This document shows, piece by piece, positions 35,801 through 45,905 of a DNA stretch of 64,000 nt. The notes beneath the pieces were generated by a model. That model saw only the letters and a program-made list of their open reading frames with translations, was not told the DNA's origin and made no database searches. Within the stretch, counting starts at the first letter, position 1; each line of letters opens with the position of its first letter. This DNA comes from Mobula hypostoma (taxonomy: Eukaryota). A program made the position numbers and the translations under genes. The stretch covers positions 64,916,001-64,980,000 of the forward strand of contig NC_086097.1 of NCBI RefSeq assembly GCF_963921235.1. The letters run 5' to 3'.

Positions 35801-38800
35801 CACAAGTAATTTCCAACAGTTACAAGCAATCCAAGAAGACCACACAGAGAGTCCAAAGAGATGCAAATATAATCCGTGGTCATTCTGCAAAGCTTGAGCA
35901 AAACTCCGCCAAAGCTAATGGTAAAGCAATCATTTCTCAATCATAGACTGCTCTTGGATCTTATTTGAAATCTATAGAAGTTGGAAATGTTCTATGCATG
36001 TTAGGGGTTGATTTGGCAAAATCACAGCATGGCTGTGACTGGCAGTGATTTATAATGGCTACATTTTGCCAGAATATGCAATGCATTTCAACTAGGGTTG
36101 AAAAGAGCGATCTTTGCTCTTGAACACATGTTGAATATAGCTGTATGGTACAGTAGCCATTTTGAATTACTGTCCTTTGAAGAAGGTCACATTAAAATAT
36201 ACTAATTGTCATTAATTTTGATGTTATGACTATCCGAACACACTGATGAACAATCTGATCCGTTATTAAACCAGTCACTATAGACGACCATGCCGGATCA
36301 ATTGGCGGAAATTAGGGAAACCAACAAATATAGGTACAGAGAAAGTAGTAAAAGTCTGAAAGGAAAATCTCGTTCCACGTTTCACGATATCAATTCCTTT
36401 GGAAACGAAAGAGAAAAAAAAATTAACATTTATTAACCCCACAAAATTTAGATACGTGGTACAAGGTAATAATGATGAAATATACTAATACATGACACTT
36501 TAAGAACGATCGTATAATTTGTATAGTAAACATATAAAATTTCTAAAGATATAGTTACCATTACCTGTCATGGGCAACCATGCCACCAAGGCTAAACTTT
36601 ACCAAATATGCAGATTATTTTCTCTTTAGAAGCAATTTATGTGATACAACTTTGGTTCAAGATGATTATACTTTAAAACGCGATACAATTGGCCCATAAA
36701 ATATGAACGATATTTGTCGTTTGACACTCGAGCAAAGATTTGTATGGTGTACAAACGATGGTGCCCCATATTGTAAAATATGGCTGTCCAAACTAAAACA
36801 CTTCTTGCTGTTTTTTTAACCTCGTCCATACTACTCACATAATGAAGAAAAGAATAACCCATCAACAATGTATTTTGTAAATTAACAGGCAATAAGTTAT
36901 AGTAAATTCAGCACTGAGTACGACAATTGGTTGCTTTAAATCGCATTACATTAACAGGTACAGTGAAACATTAGTTTGTTCTGGTAAACGTGGCTTTAGA
37001 AGGAGTCATCATACCGTGCTAATGGAACTCTGGCAGCTACTAACCATTGGAGACTGAAGTTAGAAAACAACAATATGGATTGAACCGTTATGTGTGAGAA
37101 ATAAATATTAAAATACACCCTAAGATTAGATTTGGTAACAGTGAATTACCAACTAATCTCTTAAAATGCTTGTTTCAGGTTGGTGTTCATTAGAAGGTTA
37201 GTTTATTATCTACTTTCTGGCAAGAGGTGAGCATGTGAGTATTTTTAGTTATAAAACCTTAAGTATATGTTCCCAACGCCTAACACAACTTTCTATTCTG
37301 CATTCATTCTGAATCATTCACTATCCAGAGCTTTCATGATTGCAAATGTGCCTGTTTTCAAATGGAAATAAGACACAAACTGATTATGTGTGCTGAATCC
37401 GAATCAGCCGTTGCAGTCTTCTGAAACCCCGCACTGAAAAGAAGCTGGCTGAAGACCTGTGCAACCCGGCCTTATCTGAGTTGGGTCGATCTATTTTCCA
37501 ACTTTTGCCATTTATGAGTGTCTCTGCTAGATAATTACGTTGCCATTGTAAATTGTCCAAACAGAACACAGAGAATGAGGCTCTTCCTCGTCTGGGTCTT
37601 GCTACTGATTTTTCCAACAATAGATTCAATGACTTGCATAGAAACGCCTCATTGAGTGAACAAATGCGAGCGACATGTCTCCACAGGGAAAATGAGAAAT
37701 CATGAGTTTTGAGTTGTTTGTCACTGCTGCAATCTTTGTACAAATTTGACTACCATTGATTGTACCCGAACATTTTATCTGCTGACAGACTTCTGGTGTT
37801 TGATCAGAGAAATAACTCAATGCTCCTTTAAAGGACATATTTGTCAGCTACTGTCAGTGGTATTGAAGTAAGCGACAATCATACCGCAGACTACTATTTT
37901 ATCATTAATAAAACTACATATGCTTTAATTAAGACTATCTCAATTATTCAAAAATAGCTTAAATCTTACAAATTGATATCCAATCCAACATTTATGTTAA
38001 TGATTTGGAAACCATTCCATGTGACTGTCTATAAATCGCTGTATATAAACCAGACAAAACATGCTGTTCATCTTTGTTACTGTATCTGATGTGAGAAAAA
38101 TGGTGTCGAACTTCGAGTAAAATGAACATTTCTTTACAAAATACATCTTTTTAAATAAAAATGCTACGTTTATGAATTTTGAAATGTTGTTATATTTAGT
38201 TCGTTTTAAATATCTTATTTTATAGTTTAGTTGTCCAATTCAGTCAACAATTTGATAATATTCACGTGAACTTTATTGAATTGGCCTAAATACTACACCT
38301 TTGTCATGGTGAATATAATGAAATTGTTAACTGGATTACTGTGCCAAAAAATCAGATTGGTTATGTTAGTAAATATTGCAGCTATCGTAACAGCAGTTCA
38401 AAATTTATAAATGCATATAATGTTGCGAGTTATCAGGAATTTACTCAATGATATTTTTAAATCATATATTGTTTCAGATCTTCCAGGCGCTTTAAAATTT
38501 TGTACAAACGCTTAATTTGTACAAATGGCTGATACTTACGCTGAATAGTTCATATTAAATTGTAATTAATAATTTAAGAACACCTATACCGAATTCTTGG
38601 TAGCAATCAATAATAACTAATATTACACACTCCTCATTCCCTTCTGATAGTTAGAAGTGATCAACGAAATCAAGTTCAATAGATAATTTAACGCACAGGG
38701 CTCCACAGTGCAATCCGCACCTGAAGAAAATTTACCAAAAATTCATAAATGCACGGTAGCAAACAGGGCTCTCATTTTCACATTTTCTCTTAGGCCCTCA

Positions 38801-41800
38801 ATTTTCAATCAGTTGTTCGTTTCCAAGTCACACAGGAGTGTTTGCACACCAATGTCTGTCATTTCCCTTCATTAATTTCCTTACTAAAGCTTTTAGCATT
38901 AATTCCTTCTTTGTGGAGCTTTGAAAATTATCTATTTCACTTCGTTTAATTTTAGGACATAGCCTCAAATGAAGCATCTCTCTTGGAATTATACATAAAA
39001 TGTTTCACTGAAATGAAAAGATTAGGAATATCGTAGGTGAAGATATCCCTTCAATATTTTTCATCTATGCCTAAAAAAACAGAAGTTAACTATACCATCT
39101 TGCGCATGGTTTGCCACAATTTATGTAAACGTAAAATCCATTCGCCTTCCATAAAGCCGGATTTTTCTCGGAGTCCGTGATAACCCGCCGGTTATTATAA
39201 ATAACTAAAATAACTGATATTTCAAAACGGAGCTATATTTAAAACATATTTCCCTAAAATGAATACAATTATGAATGTTATTATTACCATAGTGAAATGA
39301 TATACATGACAATATATCATAGAAAACGCAAAAAAAAACCAATTAGATCAAACAGGAAACTACTATTCTTTCAGGGTAAGACTTATCAGTAAAGATAATA
39401 TAAATCATATATTTCTGCCTGTTAAAGTGTGATGTATCACTTTTATTTTAGAAGTTATTCGTGTAAAGTTATTTATTCGACAAGATTATACCGATACAAT
39501 AGTTTTGTTATCCACATTTTAAATTTCTTTTAATCTTGCCAGCGGGATATTTGATTCGATAATGATTTTGAGGTGAAACCATTGAAGTGTAAAAGTTATA
39601 ATTCAAGTAATGTTTTAAAGTAATGTTTGCTAAATTGCCAAAATTCATATAGAATATTGATATAGAATATATAAATAACATATGATATATACATTCGTAT
39701 AAAATATATACAATATGCTGCTGCGTAGTGTGTATACATAATATAAAAAATTAAATATAAAGAAGATTAATTATATCAATTTATATATTTGGGGGGGGGG
39801 AATATACCCTAGTCTGTGAAGATGTAAATCTGCCACAGTGATATGAATCGTTTTCTTTCTGAATCTAAGATTATTAGCTCAGTAATAAACTTAAACGACC
39901 TGCCACTTTAGAACATTATTTTGGCAATGGAAAAGGTGCACGAATTTTTCAGATTCAAATTGTAAACAAAGTATTTCTGGTGAAAAGTTGATGGTAATAG
40001 GTTTTCCAAATGCCCAGTTATACTTAAATAAGGAGGCTGTTTTAAAGTGTATTATTTAACTTATATATATCCGCAATGAGTGTGACGGCGATTTGGCGGC
40101 TTTATCTTCCTATATAACGTTCCACAAGAAAACCGTTAAAAATGAAAGATATTCCACCAGTACAATACTTTACATATTTCGTTTCGTTTGGTTTCTCTTT
40201 TTCTGTCCTGTAAGTATGTTAGATGTTATATGGCTTAGAAGTACCTCCTGTGATGGTTCGCCGCTCTAATATTCTTCGTTATTTTGCATCGTTATATTAA
40301 TGGCTATTTTCGATTCAGGCATTCGCTGCTTGGTTCGGTTAGAAAGTTATCTGTTCATCATTATGTTGAAAAAAATAGAGATGTTCGGCAGGTTTTCCAT
40401 TGCACCGGGATAAAACAGTGCGTTACTAACAGCCGCATTTATAAACCTGACAGCAGCGCAATTCAGGACATTTTATAGAACCTTTGTAAACATCGGCTTG
40501 TGTAACATCATAACATTAGTTCATATTTTGCTGTCGGAATACAGCCAGTCCTTCCATTGGCAATAACATTTTGTGACCAAGTGCAGTTGAACGCCGGTAT
40601 ATTAAATGTCTAGTTTTGGAAAATAACTATCTATCATTAATTTGGACTCAGCCCTGGAGAAGGGAACTTTAAAATGCACGTCAATTAACATCGGCATTTA
40701 TCTAACAGCTCAACTTTATTTAGTTAATCCATGCTAATATTAGATATGGAAGTGGCAAAGTTGAGCCACATAAATTAATAAAAACCTATAAATAATAATT
40801 GTTATTGCATTGCAATTTATTTCTATTACAGAGCAAGAGGTACATATTTGAAACGATTATAGCCCCAAACATTTCTATAAATTAGAATATGAAAGGGTTT
40901 AGCAAAGAGTTATTAATATAAGAAACAGTAATAGAACCGCTCTGACCTACCTTAGTACTTGCGAGTTAATTCCTCAGCTTCCGTAGAACCAAATGTCTCT
41001 AACCTGGCAGTGAACTTAATTTAAAGAGCTTCCAAATCAGGCATATCTTTATGTAGACACCAGCGTGAGATACTTCGGTTAAAACAAAATAATAAGCATT
41101 TTTGAAAAGTACCGTCGAATGTATGACAAATGTAATGTTGTGTAACCGTTCTCTCCGTACATTTCCTGGGAGAATGGGAGCCTACGCTTTTACTGAATGC
41201 TATTTTCTGAAGGGCCCAAGCCTGAGCTACCTCTTGAAGAAGGAGCTTTCATATGTTACAGACATTTATATAAGGCTCATAAAAATAATGACGTTGGTCT
41301 TTGAGGCCTGCTAGGTGGAAATCACCAAGCATGGACCCCAAAAAATATTAACGCGTGGATTTTAAGGAAATTTGCACATCTCACAATTATCATAACGCAA
41401 CGTTGCAAGAGTCTGTTCAAAAATGTTTTTCCTACCTATCCATTTAAATAATTTTGAGATAAATTCATAAATATTGATGAGCATATTTAGAATGCATTTT
41501 GAGTGACAAATATGTTTATTTCATAAAGAATGTAACATTAACCACATTAGGATATAAGCCAAATAACAGAATGTGCTGCATCAAAAAGGGCATTTTAAAA
41601 GTTTTATCTTCGACTTAAAGGGAATCCAGTCCAAAAACTGTATTGGTAACTTTGCTACGATCATCGGTGAACACACAGCGAAAGGCCACTTTACTTCGGT
41701 CTATAGCTTCAGAAATTGATTCCTGTTAATAATCAAACATAAAACGATCCACGTCATAAACAATGTGTGCCTGACCCTTCAGAAATGAACATATTTGATC

Positions 41801-42974
41801 TAGACCCAGACTGAAAACAAATCAAATATTAATTTGAATCAAATTCCTGAGTTATATTGATCATTTCCTCCCACCAGCCATTCAGCCCTATCGCACTTTC
41901 ATTCAGATCGTTATATCTTCTCAATAGAAAAATAATCTCGGAATTGTGAAGCTCTTTAAATGGTTTAGATTGTGTAACACCACAATACACAGCGGGCTGG
42001 CGGGGTCAGCTAGTACCAAACTCCTGCCAATTCTGCGTTTTACTGAGTTTTCGTAAAAATTAAACAAGGTATGTCAGGTAAACAGATTACTTAAACACCG
42101 ATTCTGTGAATGTTAATTCCATATGAAATCCGTGCACTTATCACTCAATTTTAACACGGTTAGTGCGAGTTTTGTTTGAAATTGTCCGGACCTGGCAGCG
42201 TAACTCATAAATCTTTCTTTTTGCTTATCGCAAACAACTGAGATTTCCTTAATGCCAAAACAAACAGCGTCTTCCATGGAGAAATCATACTTGATCTTCC
42301 TAATTGAAATGCACTTTGGCCTCATTAACTACTTTAATTCCCTCTGCGAAATTAATTCAAAATAAACATAGGTGAAACTCTCTGACTTTCAAATTGTTGC
42401 TTGTTCGATTTTGGTGCTTATGGCCAGCCACAAATTGAACTTTCTTTGACATCTGGACTTCGAACTGTGGCGATATCAGCAGCGCCAGTAACAGAACGGG
42501 CTATTTCGTGCACATTTAGATCGCAAGCACTGCACTGCCTTATCATTTATTCACCTCAGAAACAAGCTTTCACCATTACCAAAATAAAGTACTGATCTTC
42601 AACCAAATAATTTTCTCAGTAAATGCCACCTGGCTCGACGCCTATCAACAAGAAAATGCAACAAAGTACTACAAAGTATATGGTTCCTTCACTGGTTTGA
42701 CAGGCAATGGTCAATCTAAACACGGATTTCATCAGCCTTTAGATACCGAACTGGGTCGATCCTGCCTTTAAAAAAAATAAGCGGGGAAACTGTGGACGAT
42801 CCTTCATTAACTTAACATTTTCTCTTCATCCATTTCATATCTTTCAAACTACAAATGTCGCATAAATACACTCCGATAAAGTCCGCGACACTTACAGGCA
42901 AAGAAAGAGCAATAGTGTATATCACAGTAAATGTACAATAGTATGCAATAAAATAGTTGTGGGTATTGTGGTTT

Positions 42975-43618
42975 AGATTTTCATAATTTATTAGAACTAT
43001 ATTTATACCAATTGTCTATTTTAAGTTACAGCAAAACGACTTTTTACGCCGGCATTAACGAACGAACTATCAAATACTGTACACGTTCAGTCCATCATGA
43101 AAACATTTTTTCACAGCATATACAAATTGCTAAAAACTCTAAATTCGGCCCAGACGTGTGCATTTTACAGAAATATACACCTACGTTTTATATTAAAACT
43201 AAAAAAATTGCAAGTCGTGTTAAATAAACCTATCGTATTTCTTATCTTTCCGAAGAAAGAACATTAATTGGTGTCACGTCTTTGTTAACACTTTCATATT
43301 TCGAACGCCTTATTCTATCCCGTCCAACAGATAAACTTTACTTTTGCAGATCTTAGGTAGGGACAGATCTGTATCCTGTAAACTTCAGTCTATATCTGCA
43401 AACGGAGAAGTCTTTTTTTTCCCACTGTGATATATTCCAGAAATATGTGCATTTCAAGTCTACAAAACAAAAGAAATTTACAAGGATTTGCTATAATTCA
43501 GCGGGAAGCTCCTGTATTGATTCATATGTACGCAAATTAGTACCCAGAACACTCTACCAAAATACAGCAGATATGAATCAATAGAGCATGGTATTGAAAC
43601 ACAAGCAAAGTGAATCAT
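42975..43618 (-). other. NKX2-1: NKX2-1 3' UTR with poly(A) signal AATAAA at 42992-42987
   Basis: Minus strand reads ...TGTAACTTA...AAATATAGTTCTAATAAATTAT. These blocks resemble the mammalian NKX2-1 3' end as I recall it. The cleavage site is approximate. Confidence 0.65.
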
Positions 43619-44289
43619 TCACCAGGTCCTACCATACAATAAAGTAGAGCATGACATGGCTGTACCATAATCAGAACTAGAAGAGTTTAGGTGAGACAAG
43701 CTAGTGACGTGGCTTTGGATAGAAGAAGGACTTGCTGCGGTTTGTCCTAATTCCGATGTCTGACCTGCGCTATTTGCTTGCTGACTTGGGCCGTGAGCTG
43801 CCCCACTGGTAGCCACAGTGATGGCGGTAGTTGTAGATTGTTGCTGCTGGGACTGAATGGTGGAGATTGGGGCATTGGCACCTCCTTGGCACGGTTTTCC
43901 ATCTTTAACCAGGACAGGCACAGCCACCCTTCTTGGAGATTGCTGTTGTTGCTGGCAAGTGCTGTTGTCCTGCTGCATGTGTTGTTGCGCCGCTTTGTCC
44001 TTCGCTTGTCGCTTCATCTTGTAGCGGTGGTTCTGGAACCAGATCTTCACCTGAGTGGGCGTGAGATGGATCATACTGGCCAAATGTTCCCTTTCAGGGG
44101 CTGAGAGGTATTTTTGCTGCTTGAAACGCCTCTCTAACTCATAAACCTGGGCTTGAGAGAAAAGCACTCTGCGTTTTCTCCTAGGTGTACTCTGGAGAGG
44201 AGCCATGGGTTTGCCAACGTCTCCCAGAGAACCCAGAGCCCCCATTCCGCCCATGTTCATGCCTGAAGACGGGGCCATGAAGCGGGAAA
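43619..44289 (-). CDS. NKX2-1: NK2 homeobox 1 (TTF-1), second coding exon (homeodomain, NK2-specific domain, C-terminus)
   Basis: Acceptor ...TATTCCCATTCAG| ends at 44290; splicing restores the conserved ISRFM. Contains [26 protein letters not shown]...[11 protein letters not shown] (Tyr54 NK2 homeodomain), [17 protein letters not shown] and the NKX2-1-type end [25 protein letters not shown]. Spliced CDS is 1041 nt = 346 aa. Confidence 0.95.
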
Positions 44290-45252
44290 CTGAATGGGAA
44301 TAAAAGAATAAACTCAGCAAAAACACCTTTGCAATGAGGTAAGTATACATTTTAAAACAACGTAGATACACTTACTGCAGCATTAATGTACTTATCAAAT
44401 ATCCAAGATCCAGTGGTGGCGCGCTCCTACCCCAACCAATTAAACTAACAGTTAGATTACTTCTTTCTGCAGCGAGTTTAAGTGAAACTGACTTCTAAAA
44501 TGTATCTATTAGCAAATGATCAGAGATTTAGTTATTTAAAAATAGACCTATTATTACTTTTTTTAAAAAAAAGGTTGAAATTAGGAATTAAGTATCTTTC
44601 AAAGTTTGAAGTGTACTTCCGCAGAATAAAATGACGCAGAGTATTATATTTGTGCAATTTGTGTACAAATACTATTACGGTTTTCAAATAATATTTGATA
44701 ATAAAATCGTGCAATTTATATTAGATGTATTAACATATGTAAAATATTTATCAATAAAGAGAACATATTGATTCCCTCTGTGCCGGCCTAATATATTTTT
44801 CAATTTAGTTCTTACACTGCTAAATCATGATTTAAATATTTAAATTGTTTAATCTGGGCACGACGGTGCAGCACCTGGAACACAAATGAACTGCTTTGTG
44901 CCGCGAGAAATGATTAAATAACCATGGGCAGGTAACTTGAGTTGTCCATAGATTTACTCCACGAAGCATAAAGATTAGCAATACCAGGAGAATCCGAGAA
45001 TGAAAACTAAGGGCGCAGAAATACAACCGAGTACAAATGCCCCGTGCAATTAGACATTCTTGCTCTAATCTTCTTGAAAATCAAAACACGCTAAACTTAT
45101 CATTTAGAAATGGAGGTGTTGAAGATACTGAATTTTGAACGCCATTTTCATTATTTTAACACAATTAGAATACCTGAAATATCTTTACTATTTCGACAGT
45201 GTGTTATTTAACCCATCGCCTTCACTAGTACACAGACAGTTATTTCACTTAC
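44290..45252 (-). other. NKX2-1: NKX2-1 intron, 963 nt, GT-AG, phase 1
   Basis: Canonical GTAAGT donor and pyrimidine-rich CAG acceptor; frame is preserved across the junction (A|TT = Ile). Confidence 0.92.
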
Positions 45253-45622
45253 TGGATGAAAAGCGTGGGTCTGGATTCGTCCCGTACCAGCTTGTCGCAC
45301 TCGCACTGTTCCTCATGGTATCTTGGTAAGCAGGAAGATCGCCCATGTTGCCAATGTTGCTGTTGCAGTAGCCTCCCATAGCAGCATGTGAAAGCTGGGG
45401 GACCCCGTGTGACATGTGGTAGGTCGCCGCAGGTACCGACGTATTATGTCCGATTGAATGCTGTTGCATTCCCGGCTGGGAGACCTGTGGCTGTCGGTAA
45501 GTTGTCAAGTGAGCGCCGAGGTTACCCGCTGCGTCCATGCCAACTTTCTTGTAGCTCTCCTCGATGGGGCTCAAAATATCTGAAACTGAGAAGGGCGTAG
45601 TGTGCTTGGGGCTCATCGACAT
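45253..45622 (-). CDS. NKX2-1: NK2 homeobox 1 (TTF-1), first coding exon (TN/eh1 domain)
   Basis: Translates [19 protein letters not shown]...[15 protein letters not shown] at 45622-45620; phase-1 donor GTAAGT at 45252-45247 (minus strand); 370 nt. Confidence 0.93.
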
Positions 45623-45905
45623 GGTTCAGCAGCGAAGTAGGCAAATTTGCTGAACGGATAAACAGTGTTATGTTAGCGCCGATCTTGTGGACGTACACGT
45701 AAGAGAGTGATTGAAGTCCGCCTTAATTGTATTAAGTCGAGGCTATAGACCTGCGAGCGCCTAGCTTTTGTTTGTTGTAGCCAGGCGCCAGGTTTTAGAC
45801 AGACAGGAGAGGCGGGGCATGAACGCAAACGAGCAAACAATAGAACTTAACATCTTGCTAAGATAATTAGGTAACATGCTGATGGCAACGTAAATACTTT
45901 CGAGT
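45623..45905 (-). promoter_or_regulatory. NKX2-1: NKX2-1 proximal promoter / 5' UTR
   Basis: Immediately upstream of the ATG; CpG-rich; GC box GAGGCGGGGC near 45809-45818. Blocks TAAAACCTGGCGCC and TTACGTGTAC..CCACAAGATCGGCG (minus strand) resemble the recalled mammalian NKX2-1 proximal promoter. Confidence 0.7.

Noticed and set aside
43778..44104. 108-aa plus-strand ORF
   Set aside because: Antisense to the NKX2-1 homeobox exon; non-ATG start and no recognisable domain.
44290..44371. N-terminal part (MYLRCFK...YSHSV) of the 250-aa ORF 43619-44371
   Set aside because: It is intron read-through; the exon starts at the AG acceptor at 44290, and splicing restores the conserved ISRFM.
44408..44428. 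Possible CTCF site CCAGTGGTGGCGC in the intron
   Set aside because: Only the 3' half of the motif matches.
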